Of a stretch of 64,000 bases of DNA, positions 27,925-38,428 are shown in pieces. The DNA lies in assembly GCA_017540175.1 (NCBI GenBank), contig JAFYBN010000031.1, positions 7,481 to 71,480 on the forward strand, read 5' to 3'. The stretch's first letter is position 1. The number at the start of each line of letters is the position of its first letter. The translations under genes were made by a program, and so were the position numbers. The DNA is from Clostridia bacterium (lineage in GTDB: Bacteria > Bacillota > Clostridia > Oscillospirales > CAG-272). The notes beneath the pieces are model-generated. The model was not told where the DNA came from. It did not search any database and saw nothing but the letters and a program-made list of their open reading frames with translations.

Positions 27925-30594
27925 TTATTTCATCTGATTGTAAATGCAGTTCACGATCTCACTGCGCGGGCACGGTTCCCCGGCCGGGGGCAGATCGATG
28001 GAGCTGCCCCGGAAGAGCCCTTCCCTGCCTGCCCACGCCATCGCGTCGGAATACCAGGTTTCGGGATCCGCAGTTTCATCGGGTTTGCCCGCCGCCCGCC
28101 AGAGGAAGGTCACGATGTGCGCGCGGGTGCAGGTATCCTCCGGGTCGAAGGTCGTTTCGGAGGTACCGTTCGTGATGCCCCGCTCGACCGCCCAGAGCAC
28201 CGCCTTCGCGTACCACGAGTCGCCCGGAACATCCGCGAAGGGATTGTCGCCGGTCGTCTCCGGGCATCCGTACGCACGCCAGAGGAAGGTCACCGCCTGC
28301 GCGCGGGTCACGGTTTTCCCGGGTCCGAAATGCGTCTCGTCCATGCCGTTCGTCACCTGGGGATCGGCGTAATACGCCCACAGGACGGCGTCGTAGAAGG
28401 AATCGCGCTGAGTCACGTCGACGAAGGGATTCGTCAGCGCGGGAGAGACGGGCGCGGGGTTCACCTTGATTTTCACGGAGGCGCTCTTCGTGATGCGGCC
28501 CTCGGAATAGGTGACCGTCACGGTCTTGTCAGCCGCCGCGAGCCTGCCCGCGGGAGAGAACGCGTAGCCGTTCACGTTCTTCGTCGTTCCGTTCGAGAAT
28601 ACCGCCCGGACCGTCATGCCCGCCGGATCGAAGACCTCGCCCTCGGTATAGACGGTCTTTGTCGGCGCGGAAACGATCTCGACGCGGATGAGCGCGGAGG
28701 CGGTCAGGGGATCAAAGACCATGGCCGCGAAAAGCTCGCCGCCCTCGATCCGCACTTCGTTCGGGATTCTGCCGTTGACGGTCACGCCGCTCTTGCTTTC
28801 TTCCGTGAACTGCCAGCCGTCGACGGCTCTCAGGCGCACCGTCACGGAATAGGCCGTGCCGGACACATAGACGTCGGAGGAGGCAAGGTACTCTTCCCCG
28901 GTCCCCGTCGCGTTCGGTTCGGACCAGCGGACGCCATCGATCTCGGGCGCCGCGGTGTTTCGCGCGACCGCGCAGCCCTCCCCGTTCACCTTCGCGATAA
29001 AGGAGGGATTCTGCGAGAGCGCCGGGGCGGTCAGAACGATATCCGCTGCGGTGACGGTCTTCAGATCCATCGGCAGAGCGTCAAAGGCGCAGACGAGCAG
29101 GAGCGTCCCGGACGCGAATTCGTAATAGCAGTCGGCGGCCCATCCGTTCACCGTCGCGCGGACGCTGACTTTTCCGAGCGAGTCGGTGGAGAACTGAAAT
29201 CCCTCCTCCGGAACGACGGCCAGAGTGACGGTATAGCTCTTCCCACCCTCAAAGACAGAAAAAGGACTGAGCGTTGCGGAGCCGTCCGACCAGAGGATGC
29301 CGCCCGCGTAGGGATAGCGCCTCATATCGTCCAGACGGCAGCCGTAGCTGATCTGCGCCGTATAGGGAAGCGGATCGCCGACCCGCGGCTCGTTCATTTC
29401 GATCACGATCTCCGAGATCGTGCGGCCTGCGGCGGCCGAGCCCGTCCGGAAGACGACGCCGACCTCGGCATAGGAGCCGTAATTGCGGTAATAGCGCACC
29501 TCGCCCGCGTTCACGGCGATGTCGGCGGTCGAGAAGGAAAGATCAAAGCCCTTCTTCGGCTGAATCTTCAAAAGGAGGCGGTATTCGGTATTCGCCTCGT
29601 ACAGGGTTCCGACGGGCACGGCGGTCGTCGTGCCTGTGATCTTCTGCCATTCGGCGGAGACGATTTCCGCGCCGTCGCTGATCTTCAGTCCGGCAACCGA
29701 CGCGGGCTGACCTGCCGCGGGGACCCGGATGCCAGAAATTTCAAGAGCCCCGATGTCCGAGGTCGCCGAAAAGCGCCAGCGCGCGCAGAGATAGTGCTCA
29801 CTCACGTCGAAAACCTCGCCGGGGATGCCGCCGACGGTCAAAACCGCGCTTTCGTCAAAGCGGGCGTTCGGTTCGCTGACTTTCATGAACAGGGTCAGGA
29901 CAAGCTCGTAATCCTCGCCGACTTGAAAAACGCCGTTCTCTTCCATGGGAGAGCCGCCGCGGTACCACTGCGCCTCAATGTCAAAGGGATACGCGGCCGT
30001 ATCGAACTCCTCCGCTCTCCACGGCGTTTCCCCGTCGACGATGCCGGGGGCGGCCGAGCGGGGGGCGTCGAGGCGGATGGGCCAGGAGGCGTCGAACACG
30101 GTATCCGTCTCAAAGACAAGATAGAGCGCGATGCCGTAGATCCTGCCGTCCGTGCGGTGCGTCGTCTCGCGCGCGATCCCCTTCAGACGGGAGCGCAGCT
30201 CGGAGGAAACGTTCAAAGAAAAGCTCGAGCCGTCAAACGGGGTGTTTTCATCCGCCGTGACGAAGCAGAGACGGGCAAAATAGCAGTGTCCCCGCTGTGC
30301 CGCCTCTCCCGCCTCGAGCTTCGTGCCCTTTGAGAGCAGATTGCTCATGGACGAGGGAACCTCATAGCCGAGATCGTACCAAACCACCGGAGCGGTTTCG
30401 GGATCGCTCAGATAACGGACGTTTTCGTCCGGCTCCGGCAGGGTGATTTCCGTGTCGAGCGCCTTCCCTTCAAGGGGGGAATCGAGATCGGAGACCGAGA
30501 TCGAAGTGATCGTCCCGTCCCCGAAAACCGCGGCGGGCAGAGTTGCCCCGATCAGCAGAACGGAAAACAAAAGACCGATGAAGAGCTTTTTCAT
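27925..30594 (-). CDS. S-layer homology (SLH) surface protein with repeated beta-sandwich and bacterial Ig-like domains
   Basis: Signal peptide MKKLFIGLL..; several P..G/W/F..G..Y repeats; PTKTVYTEGEVFDPAGM (Ig-like); C-terminal NPFVDV..AVLWA..TRAQAVTFLWR SLH motifs. Confidence 0.9.
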   Translation of the reverse strand: MKKLFIGLLFSVLLIGATLPAAVFGDGTITSISVSDLDSPLEGKALDTEITLPEPDENVRYLSDPETAPVVWYDLGYEVPSSMSNLLSKGTKLEAGEAAQRGHCYFARLCFVTADENTPFDGSSFSLNVSSELRSRLKGIARETTHRTDGRIYGIALYLVFETDTVFDASWPIRLDAPRSAAPGIVDGETPWRAEEFDTAAYPFDIEAQWYRGGSPMEENGVFQVGEDYELVLTLFMKVSEPNARFDESAVLTVGGIPGEVFDVSEHYLCARWRFSATSDIGALEISGIRVPAAGQPASVAGLKISDGAEIVSAEWQKITGTTTAVPVGTLYEANTEYRLLLKIQPKKGFDLSFSTADIAVNAGEVRYYRNYGSYAEVGVVFRTGSAAAGRTISEIVIEMNEPRVGDPLPYTAQISYGCRLDDMRRYPYAGGILWSDGSATLSPFSVFEGGKSYTVTLAVVPEEGFQFSTDSLGKVSVRATVNGWAADCYYEFASGTLLLVCAFDALPMDLKTVTAADIVLTAPALSQNPSFIAKVNGEGCAVARNTAAPEIDGVRWSEPNATGTGEEYLASSDVYVSGTAYSVTVRLRAVDGWQFTEESKSGVTVNGRIPNEVRIEGGELFAAMVFDPLTASALIRVEIVSAPTKTVYTEGEVFDPAGMTVRAVFSNGTTKNVNGYAFSPAGRLAAADKTVTVTYSEGRITKSASVKIKVNPAPVSPALTNPFVDVTQRDSFYDAVLWAYYADPQVTNGMDETHFGPGKTVTRAQAVTFLWRAYGCPETTGDNPFADVPGDSWYAKAVLWAVERGITNGTSETTFDPEDTCTRAHIVTFLWRAAGKPDETADPETWYSDAMAWAGREGLFRGSSIDLPPAGEPCPRSEIVNCIYNQMK

Positions 30595-30658
30595 ACTTCC
30601 TCCTTGCGGGAAACGTGGAATGCGGAGCGAGGGGCGAAGCCGGGAATCGCCTATTGTC

Positions 30659-30687
30659 ATTATAGCACATTTTCCGTCGTTTTGCAA
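30659..30687 (-). promoter_or_regulatory. sigmaA promoter with extended -10
   Basis: TTGCAA, 17 bp, TATAAT with TGn on the minus strand. Confidence 0.8.
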
Positions 30688-30885
30688 GGGAAATCGCAGA
30701 AAAGCGCCGCCGGGACGCCGTGCGGACGTCTCGAAGCGGTCCGACGCCCGCGGCACGGCGGAATTCCCGAAAATCCGGGTTTGCCGTTCTTTGCGTAAAA
30801 AAGCCACGGACGGGAGAGGCGCGAAAAAGCCGCGGCGCACCTCCCGTCCGACTCCGGAGGCTCGCCGCGGCTGACGCCGTTCTCT

Positions 30886-31617
30886 TCAGTTTTCCACGTA
30901 CATTCTGCGGTAGGGGTTCGAGCTGTCGGGCGTGACGAGCGTGAACGGGGAAGCGAGGATCGCCTCAGCGTCCGCGCCGAAGAGGGCCGCGTACCGCTCG
31001 ACATACGGCCTCAGCGCCGCCATGTCCCGCTCGTCCGCCCCCCTCGCCGTGACCTGGGGCGGGAAGGCGATCCCCTCGCAGGTCCCTCTGAGGTAGACCC
31101 TGCCCCCGTGCATGCCGGCGCAGGGGAAGTCGCCGACGATCCGGTCCCCGCGGTCCTTGCCCGCTTCAAGTCCGAGCACGATGATGACGCCGCCCGCCTG
31201 ATATTCGCCGAGAAAGCTCCCGGCGCGCCCGCCGATCACCATGACCGGGATTTTTTCTTTGTATTCCTTCATGTGGATGCCCGCGCGGTACCCGGCGTTG
31301 TCGCGGACATAGATCGCCCCGCCGCGCATGGCGTAGCCCGCCGCGTCCCCGATGCTCCCGCGCACCGCGATGAGCCCGTCGTTCATGGTATCGCCGACCG
31401 CGTCCTGCGTGCTGCCGTTCACCGTGATCTCGGCGCCGTTGAGATACGCGCCGAGCGCGTTCCCGGGCACGCCGTCGATTTCAATGCTCCTGTTCCGCAT
31501 CCCCGCGCCGAGGAAGCGCTGTCCGAGGCAGTCCGTGAGGCGGCAATCCCCATCCTCCGCGCGGATCGCGTCGTTCAGGGCGCGGCTTTCCATTCCTTTC
31601 GCGCAAATCGTCTTCAT
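30886..31617 (-). CDS. gltB: glutamate synthase, GXGXG (GltB domain 3) subunit
   Basis: LGQRFLGAG, GVPGNALGAYLNG, GDAAGYAMRGG, FLGEYQAGG; ATGA overlap with the upstream gene. Confidence 0.9.
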   Translation of the reverse strand: MKTICAKGMESRALNDAIRAEDGDCRLTDCLGQRFLGAGMRNRSIEIDGVPGNALGAYLNGAEITVNGSTQDAVGDTMNDGLIAVRGSIGDAAGYAMRGGAIYVRDNAGYRAGIHMKEYKEKIPVMVIGGRAGSFLGEYQAGGVIIVLGLEAGKDRGDRIVGDFPCAGMHGGRVYLRGTCEGIAFPPQVTARGADERDMAALRPYVERYAALFGADAEAILASPFTLVTPDSSNPYRRMYVEN

Positions 31618-32861
31618 ACCGCACCTCCGAACTTCTGCCGTCTGACCTCCGGCGAAAAAGCCGCCGTGGTCGCGCCCCGCCTCATGAGATCGAAATCGAG
31701 CGTGGAGAGCGGGATTTTCTCCCGGATCAGCGAGGTGCAGATCCCCGCCCGCTCCATGACGCCGACGAGCTCGAATCCGATGAGCAGCCCGTCCTTCACA
31801 TAGAGCTTTTTCAGCCCGCCGTTCGTTCTTTCCTCGTAAATCTCCCCGCCCTCGTCCGGCGCGAGGGAGCGTCCCGCGGTCAGGGCGTGCAGACCGAAAA
31901 AGCCGATGGCGTTCATGGGGACGGCGTTGTCGAACACCCGATCCCCGCCCGCCATGTTCTCCCCCGCGCACTCGCCCTGCAGCCGGGCGTTCGGGAGGAT
32001 GGCGAGCACACGGTTCGCGCCGATGGAGGCGTCGTACCCCTCGGCGCAGTCCCCGGCGGCGTACACGTCGGGGAGACTCGTTCTCATGCGCGTGTCCGTG
32101 AGGATGCCGCGGTTCACCGCTCCTCCGGCTTCCCGGATCAGAGCGGTGTTCGCGCGGACGCCGACCGCGAGCACGAGCACGTCGAAATCGACCGTTTTCC
32201 CGCTCTTCATGACGGCGCGGCAGCCCTCGAATTTCGCCGCCGTGTCGCCGAGCAGAAAGGTAATCCCCCGCTCCTCGAGCTTCGCCTGCATGAGCGCCGC
32301 GCCCTCCTCGTCGAGGACGCTCGAGAGCACGCGGGGCGCGAGATCGCACACGGTCATGCTCTTCACCCGTCCGGCAAGGCCCTCCGCGCATTTCAGCCCG
32401 ATGAGCCCCGCGCCGACGATCATCACCGTGCTGTCCGGCTTTACCGCGGCGTCCAGAGCGAGCATGTCGTCCATCGTCATGAAGGTGAATTTCTCCTCCA
32501 CCGTGTCGAGCCCTTCGATGGGGGGCACGAACGGGGACGAGCCCGTCGCGGCGCACAGCTTCCCGTAGGGCAGGACCCGTCCGCTGTCCAGCGTCACCGT
32601 ATGCGCCGCGGGATCGAGCTTCACGGCCTTTTCCCCGTACAGAACGGTACACCCGTTTTTCTCGTAATAGTCGTCCGCCCGCGCGCCCATGTTCTCGGGC
32701 TTTGCCCGCCCTTCGAGGGCATAGGAGATGAGCGGGCGGCAGTAGGCGGGATGCTTTTCCGCCGAGATCACGGTGATCGGCGCCTCCCGGTCGACGTGCC
32801 GTATCCCGTCGATGCAAGCGAGCGCGGCGGCCCCGTTTCCGACGATGATATAATCCGCCAT
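31614..32861 (-). CDS. NAD(P)/FAD-dependent oxidoreductase (probable electron input to the split GOGAT)
   Basis: IIVGNGAA, YCRPLI, ATGS, VGAGLIG, VYAAGDC. Confidence 0.9.
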   Translation of the reverse strand: MADYIIVGNGAAALACIDGIRHVDREAPITVISAEKHPAYCRPLISYALEGRAKPENMGARADDYYEKNGCTVLYGEKAVKLDPAAHTVTLDSGRVLPYGKLCAATGSSPFVPPIEGLDTVEEKFTFMTMDDMLALDAAVKPDSTVMIVGAGLIGLKCAEGLAGRVKSMTVCDLAPRVLSSVLDEEGAALMQAKLEERGITFLLGDTAAKFEGCRAVMKSGKTVDFDVLVLAVGVRANTALIREAGGAVNRGILTDTRMRTSLPDVYAAGDCAEGYDASIGANRVLAILPNARLQGECAGENMAGGDRVFDNAVPMNAIGFFGLHALTAGRSLAPDEGGEIYEERTNGGLKKLYVKDGLLIGFELVGVMERAGICTSLIREKIPLSTLDFDLMRRGATTAAFSPEVRRQKFGGAV

Positions 32862-32865
32862 GTTC

Positions 32866-33330
32866 TCACCTCTCCTCATAAACGATCGCACGGTTCGGAC
32901 AGCCCGCGACGCAGGCGGGCTCCCCGACGGCGTTTCTCAGGCAGAGCTCGCATTTCTGCATGACTCCGTCCCCATCCGGCGAGAGCGCGCCGTAGGGACA
33001 GACGAGCACGCAGGTGAAGCACCCCACGCAGCGGCTTCGGTCGATGCGGATCACCCCGTCCTCCTGCGTCAGCGCGCCCGAAATGCAGGCCTTGACGCAG
33101 AGCGGGTCGGCGCAGTGCCGGCAGGAGACGGCGTAGCAGATTTTCTCCGTTTGTGCGGATTTGCCCGTCTGTGCCGTCTTTTCCGCCTCCTCGATCCGGA
33201 TGCGCGGATAGATCGGCTTTCCTTTGAGCGCGGACGCCATATCCGTCCTGCCGGAGTTGGCGAAGGCGCAGTTATATTCGCAGAGATGGCAGCCGAGGCA
33301 CCATTTCTCGTTCACGTAAATCCGTTTCAT
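32866..33330 (-). CDS. 4Fe-4S dicluster protein
   Basis: CLGCHLCEYNC, CRHCADPLCVKAC, CVGCFTCVLVCP, KCELC..PACVAGCP. Confidence 0.92.
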   Translation of the reverse strand: MKRIYVNEKWCLGCHLCEYNCAFANSGRTDMASALKGKPIYPRIRIEEAEKTAQTGKSAQTEKICYAVSCRHCADPLCVKACISGALTQEDGVIRIDRSRCVGCFTCVLVCPYGALSPDGDGVMQKCELCLRNAVGEPACVAGCPNRAIVYEER

Positions 33331-33331
33331 A

Positions 33332-34837
33332 TCATTCCCCCGCGTGCGCGATCCCAAGGATGCCGAGCTCCTTTTCCGTCATCCCGACGCCGCGCAGCAT
33401 CAGGCGGTTCCCTCTCAGGGCTTCGATGGAGTTGATCCCCATCCCGCCCATCATTTCCATGATCTCGTGCCGCCAAGCCGTCATGAGGTTGACGAGGCGC
33501 TCCGAGCCGACGTCCGGGTTGAGCCGCTTGACGAGCTCCGGGCGCTGGGTCGCGATGCCCCAGTTGCACCGTCCCGTCTGGCAGGTGCGGCAGAGGTGAC
33601 AGCCGAGGGCGAGCAGCGCAGCCGTGGCGATGTAGCACGCGTCCGCGCCGAGCGCGACCGCCTTCACGACGTCCGCCGCCGAGCGGATGCTCCCGCCCGC
33701 GACAAGGGAGACGTCGCCGCGGATGCCTTCGTCGCGAAGCCGCCGGTCGACCGAGGCGAGCGCGAGCTCGATGGGGATGCCCACGTTGTCGCGGATCCGT
33801 GTGGGAGCCGCGCCCGTGCCGCCGCGGAAGCCGTCGATGGCGATGATGTCCGCGCCCGAACGGGCGATGCCCGAGGCGATGGCGGCGATGTTGTGGACGG
33901 CGGCGACCTTGACGATCACCGGCTTTTTGTATTCCGTCGCTTCCTTCAGCGAATAGACGAGCTGGCGCAGGTCCTCGATGGAGTAAATGTCGTGGTGGGG
34001 GGCGGGAGAGATCGCGTCCGAGCCCTCCGGGATCATCCGCGTGCGGCTCACGTCCCCGACGATCTTCGCGCCGGGCAGGTGTCCGCCGATGCCGGGCTTC
34101 GCGCCCTGCCCCATTTTGATCTCGATCGCCGCGCCCGCGCTCAGGTAATCCTCATGCACGCCGAACCGCCCGGACGCGACCTGCACGACGGTATGCGCGC
34201 CGTACTTGTAGAAATCCTCGTGGAGCCCGCCCTCTCCGGTGTTGTAAAGGATGCCGAGCTCCTCGGCCGCCCGCGCGAGCGATTCGTGCGCGTTGTAGCT
34301 GATCGATCCGTAGCTCATGGCGGAGAACATCACGGGCATGGAAAGCTCGATCTGCGGAGGCAGGTCCGTATCGAGCGTCCCGTCCGCTTTTCTTTTGATC
34401 CGATCCGGCTTTTTGCCGAGGAAGACCTTCGTCTCCATCGGCTCGCGCAGGGGATCGATGGGGGGATTGGTCACCTGGGACGCGTTGATGAGCATCTTGT
34501 CCCAGTACACTGGCAGGGGCTTCGGATTTCCCATGGACGAGAGCAGAACGCCCCCGGACGCCGCCTGCTTGTACACCTCGCGGATCGCGTCAGACCCCCA
34601 GTTCGCGTTCTCGCGCAGGGCGTTCTGATTCTTCACGATTTTGAGGGCGTGCGTCGGGCAGAGGGACACGCACCGCTGGCAGTCCACGCATTTTGCCTCG
34701 TCGGACAGCATGATGCCTCTCTCCGCGTCGTACCGGTGCACCTCGTTCGCGCACTGCCGCTCGCACACGCGGCAGGCGATGCAGCGGTTTTCATTCCGCA
34801 CGACGTCGAATTCCGGCTGGATATATGCGATTCCCAT
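33332..34837 (-). CDS. gltB: glutamate synthase FMN-binding subunit (GltB domain 2) with N-terminal ferredoxin
   Basis: Two CxxCxxCxxxC, AMSYGS, NTGEGG, QVASGRFGV, EIKMGQGAKPGIGGHLPG, SPAPHHDIYSIEDL, C..CRTC.TG.C. Confidence 0.95.
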   Translation of the reverse strand: MGIAYIQPEFDVVRNENRCIACRVCERQCANEVHRYDAERGIMLSDEAKCVDCQRCVSLCPTHALKIVKNQNALRENANWGSDAIREVYKQAASGGVLLSSMGNPKPLPVYWDKMLINASQVTNPPIDPLREPMETKVFLGKKPDRIKRKADGTLDTDLPPQIELSMPVMFSAMSYGSISYNAHESLARAAEELGILYNTGEGGLHEDFYKYGAHTVVQVASGRFGVHEDYLSAGAAIEIKMGQGAKPGIGGHLPGAKIVGDVSRTRMIPEGSDAISPAPHHDIYSIEDLRQLVYSLKEATEYKKPVIVKVAAVHNIAAIASGIARSGADIIAIDGFRGGTGAAPTRIRDNVGIPIELALASVDRRLRDEGIRGDVSLVAGGSIRSAADVVKAVALGADACYIATAALLALGCHLCRTCQTGRCNWGIATQRPELVKRLNPDVGSERLVNLMTAWRHEIMEMMGGMGINSIEALRGNRLMLRGVGMTEKELGILGIAHAGE

Positions 34838-35931
34838 TACGCCGCACCTCCTTTCAGCCGCACGATCACGGGCTCGCCGCCGGACGGGGAGAAGACGTTC
34901 TCCGCCAAGGGATCCATGGCGCGGATCGCCGCTTCCTCGCTCGCGATGTAGACCCGGGAGCCGTGCTCCCCGACCACCATCGAGCGCAGCTTGAGCCGGT
35001 CGTTCAGCGCCATGAGCCCGCCGTCGAAGCCGAGGATGATCGAAAACGGTCCCGTGACGAGCAGGCTCGCGAACGCCGTCCGAAGCAGTCTCTGCTCCGC
35101 CGCTTTCTCCGCGTCCCCTTCCTCGTCGATCGCGGACCAGAACGGAGCCGCGACCACGGACGCCGCTTCCTCGAGCGTCAGTCCCTGACGGCGGAGCAGG
35201 TAATCCATAATATAGGTGATGACCTCGGTATCAGTCTGAAGCGTGCACTTGTAGCCGAACATTTCGATCCAGCGGCGGTTCGCGTCGTAGGACGAGATCT
35301 CGCCGTTGTGCACCACCGACCAGTCGAGCAGGGTGAAGGGATGCGCGCCCCCCCACCAGCCGGGCGTGTTCGTGGGATAGCGGCCGTGCGCGGTCCACGA
35401 ATACCCTTCATATTCATCGAGGCGATAAAACTCCGCCACGTCCTCCGGATAGCCGACCGCCTTGAATGCACCCATGTTCTTCCCGGAGGAGAAGACGTAC
35501 CCGCCCCGGTTTTCCGTATTGATTTTCGTGACCGTGCGGGCGACGAATTCCCGCTCGTCGAGCTGGGCGGCGGCGAGCGCGGATTTGAGCGGATCGACGA
35601 AATACCGCCAGATGACCGGCTCGTCCGTAATGGCCGGAGTTTTCTTGGTCGGGATGATCTCGCTCTTCACAATCTCGAAGCGGTCCTTCAGAAAGCTCTC
35701 GCATTCCTTGCGCGACGCGCGGTCATCGAAGAAGAAATGCAAGGCGTAATAATCCTTCAGCTCGGGATAGATGCCGTATCCGGCGAAGCCGCCCCCCAGC
35801 CCGTTCGAGCGCTCGCGCATGGGGCGCATCGCGTCGGCGGCGAGCGAGCCCGGGATTTTCCCGCCGTCCCGGTCGATCACGGCGGCAATGGCGCATCCGG
35901 AGGGGATGCGAACCTGACCTTCTCTTTCCAT
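34837..35931 (-). CDS. gltB: glutamate synthase class-II glutamine amidotransferase subunit (GltB domain 1)
   Basis: Propeptide followed by CAIAA, ERSNGLGGGF, AHGRYPTNT..GAHPF, HNGEISSY, TDTE. Confidence 0.92.
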   Translation of the reverse strand: MEREGQVRIPSGCAIAAVIDRDGGKIPGSLAADAMRPMRERSNGLGGGFAGYGIYPELKDYYALHFFFDDRASRKECESFLKDRFEIVKSEIIPTKKTPAITDEPVIWRYFVDPLKSALAAAQLDEREFVARTVTKINTENRGGYVFSSGKNMGAFKAVGYPEDVAEFYRLDEYEGYSWTAHGRYPTNTPGWWGGAHPFTLLDWSVVHNGEISSYDANRRWIEMFGYKCTLQTDTEVITYIMDYLLRRQGLTLEEAASVVAAPFWSAIDEEGDAEKAAEQRLLRTAFASLLVTGPFSIILGFDGGLMALNDRLKLRSMVVGEHGSRVYIASEEAAIRAMDPLAENVFSPSGGEPVIVRLKGGAA

Positions 35932-35945
35932 CTTAAAAGTCTCCG

Positions 35946-36000
35946 AAAACAGAAAACGCGCCCATCCCGACACACGCCGGAATGAACGCCTTTGCTCATT
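35946..36000 (-). promoter_or_regulatory. ANTAR-like hairpin overlapping an intrinsic terminator (attenuator of the glt operon)
   Basis: Minus strand AATGAGC-AAAGGC-GTTCATT (7-bp stem, A1/G4 hexaloop). Its 3' half is the 5' arm of GCGTTCATTCCGGC-GTGT-GTCGGGATGGGCGC-GTTTTCTGTTTT. Confidence 0.75.
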
Positions 36001-36007
36001 TGCCCGT

Positions 36008-36036
36008 ATTATAACGCGCCGCGGAGCCATTGTCAA
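36008..36036 (-). promoter_or_regulatory. consensus sigmaA promoter (glt operon)
   Basis: TTGACA, 17 bp, TATAAT exact, minus strand. Confidence 0.92.
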
Positions 36037-36124
36037 GAGGGGGAGACGCATTTTTCCGAAAAAAACGAATGAATTTTCAGAGAATTTTTATGCAGAATTT
36101 TTCGAGAATCTTTCGCGCACCCCC

Positions 36125-36153
36125 TTGACAGACGGCCCGGATGGGTGTATAAT
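36125..36153 (+). promoter_or_regulatory. consensus sigmaA promoter (glnA operon)
   Basis: TTGACA, 17 bp, TATAAT exact. Confidence 0.92.
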
Positions 36154-36162
36154 GCACCCCGT

Positions 36163-36313
36163 AAGGCAAAGGCGTCTTCGCGGGAGCATTCCCGGCGGAG
36201 GCGCTTTTCGTTTCACGCCTACATAATATTTATACACAAAAAGGCAAGGGCGTCTTTGTTTCCCCGTTCGCGCAAACAGCGCGGGGGAGACGGAGTCCTT
36301 GCCTTTGTGATTT
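36163..36313 (+). promoter_or_regulatory. two tandem ANTAR-like hairpin/terminator modules in the glnA leader
   Basis: AAGGC-AAAGGC-GTCTT (36163-36178) and AAGGC-AAGGGC-GTCTT (36241-36256). Each overlaps a longer GC-rich hairpin followed by a T-rich tail. Confidence 0.75.
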
Positions 36314-36331
36314 CCCGAAAGGAGAACAACC

Positions 36332-38428
36332 ATGAGTACGGTATCGGAAAGCTTCGGCAGTATGGTATTTGACGACCGCGTGATGCGGGCGGCGCTTTCG
36401 AAGGAGGTGTATGATTCCCTCCGCAAGACCATCGACGAGGGCGCGGAGCTGAACATCGGCGTGGCGAACGCGGTGGCGGAGGCGATGCGCGATTGGGCGG
36501 TCGCGAAGGGAGCGACGCATTTCACGCACTGGTTCCAGCCTCTGACCGGCATCACAGCGGAAAAGCACGACAGCTTCATCTCCCCCGCGCCGGACGGCGG
36601 CGTGATCATGGAGTTCTCCGGCAAGGAACTGATCAAGGGCGAGCCGGACGCCTCCTCCTTCCCGTCCGGCGGCCTGCGCGCCACGTTCGAGGCGAGGGGC
36701 TACACCGCCTGGGACCCGACGTCCTACGCGTTCATCAAGGGAAAGACCCTCTGCATCCCTACGGCGTTCTGCTCCTACGGCGGGCACGCGCTGGACAAGA
36801 AGACACCCCTGCTGCGCTCGATGGACGCTCTGAACCGCGCGGCACTGCGCGTTCTCAGACTGTTCGGAAACGCGGACGTCAAGCGCGTCACCACCTCGGT
36901 CGGACCGGAACAGGAATACTTCCTCGTCGACCGGAAGATGTATGAAGCGCGGCGCGACCTGCGCTTCACGGGGCGCACCCTTTTCGGCGCGAAGCCTCCG
37001 AAGGGGCAGGAAATGGACGACCATTACTTCGGCGTGATTAAGCCCCGCGTCGCCGCCTACATGGAAGAGCTGAACGAGGAGCTGTGGAAGCTCGGCATTC
37101 TCGCGAAGACGGAGCACAACGAAGTCGCTCCCGCCCAGCACGAGCTCGCCCCCATCTACCGCACCACCAACGTCGCGACCGACCACAACCAGCTCACGAT
37201 GGAGATCATGCAGAAGGTGGCGGCGAAGCACGGGCTCGTCTGCCTGCTGCACGAAAAGCCCTTCGCGGGCGTGAACGGCTCGGGCAAGCACAACAACTGG
37301 TCCATCGCGACGGACACGGGCGTGAACCTGCTCTCCCCCGGCGAGACGCCGTACGAGAACGCGCAGTTTTTGACCTTCCTCTGCGCCGTGATCGAGGCGG
37401 TGGACGAATACGCCGATCTGCTCCGCATTTCCGTGGCAACCGCGGGGAACGACCACCGGCTCGGCGCGAACGAAGCGCCGCCCGCCGTGGTTTCGATCTT
37501 CCTCGGGGACGAGCTGACCGCGGTGCTCGACGCCATCGAGGCGGACAAGCCGTACAGCGCGGCGGAGAAGACCGTCATGAAGCTCGGCTCGGACGTGCTG
37601 CCGAAATTCAACCGCGACAACACGGACCGCAACCGCACCTCCCCATTCGCGTTCACGGGCAATAAATTCGAATTCCGCATGCTCGGCTCCTCCAACTCCA
37701 TCGCCTGCGCGAACATCATGCTCAACGCCGCCGTCGCCTCCGTACTCGGCAAATACGCGGATCGGCTCGAAGGAGCGGACGATTTCGAGAGCGCGCTGCA
37801 CGACCTCATCCGCGGGACCGTGCGCGATCACCGCCGGGTGATCTTTAACGGCAACGGCTACGACGAGAAGTGGATCAAGGAGGCGACCGAGGTCCGCGGG
37901 CTTCCGAACTACCGCACCACGCCGGACTGCTTCCCCGAGCTGCTTTCGGAGAAAAACGTTTCGATGCTGACCGGCGAGGGGGTCTTCACCGTCGAGGAGC
38001 TGAGATCGAGATACGAGATCATGCTCGAGAACTACTGCAAGACCGTCTTGATCGAGGCGAACACCATGATCGACATGGCGCGGCATGAGATCCTGCCCGC
38101 GACGGAGAAATACGCCTCCGTTCTCGCGGCAAACCTCGCGCTGAAGAAGTCCGTGTCTCCCGCCCTCTCCTGCGGATATGAGGAAAAGACCGCCGCCGCG
38201 CTTTCCGCGCTGACCGACGGCATCGCCGAGCGCGTGGACGAGCTGGAGACCGCCGAAGCCAAGGCGAGAGAGATTTCCGAAATCGGCCCGCAGTCCTTCG
38301 CCATCCGCGACGAGGTGATCGGGAAGATGACCGCCCTCCGCTCCCTCTGCGACGAGGCCGAGGTCATCACCGCCTCCGAATACTGGCCCTTCCCGACCTA
38401 CGGCGATCTGCTGTTCGGTGTTAACTGA
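36332..38428 (+). CDS. glnA: glutamine synthetase type III
   Basis: [77 protein letters not shown]. Confidence 0.97.
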   Translation: MSTVSESFGSMVFDDRVMRAALSKEVYDSLRKTIDEGAELNIGVANAVAEAMRDWAVAKGATHFTHWFQPLTGITAEKHDSFISPAPDGGVIMEFSGKELIKGEPDASSFPSGGLRATFEARGYTAWDPTSYAFIKGKTLCIPTAFCSYGGHALDKKTPLLRSMDALNRAALRVLRLFGNADVKRVTTSVGPEQEYFLVDRKMYEARRDLRFTGRTLFGAKPPKGQEMDDHYFGVIKPRVAAYMEELNEELWKLGILAKTEHNEVAPAQHELAPIYRTTNVATDHNQLTMEIMQKVAAKHGLVCLLHEKPFAGVNGSGKHNNWSIATDTGVNLLSPGETPYENAQFLTFLCAVIEAVDEYADLLRISVATAGNDHRLGANEAPPAVVSIFLGDELTAVLDAIEADKPYSAAEKTVMKLGSDVLPKFNRDNTDRNRTSPFAFTGNKFEFRMLGSSNSIACANIMLNAAVASVLGKYADRLEGADDFESALHDLIRGTVRDHRRVIFNGNGYDEKWIKEATEVRGLPNYRTTPDCFPELLSEKNVSMLTGEGVFTVEELRSRYEIMLENYCKTVLIEANTMIDMARHEILPATEKYASVLAANLALKKSVSPALSCGYEEKTAAALSALTDGIAERVDELETAEAKAREISEIGPQSFAIRDEVIGKMTALRSLCDEAEVITASEYWPFPTYGDLLFGVN

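Noticed and set aside
30886-32817. 643-aa ORF suggesting a long N-terminal extension or fusion on the GXGXG subunit
   Set aside because: The Arg-rich first ~400 aa are an off-frame reading of the oxidoreductase gene; the real start is the coupled ATG at 31617.
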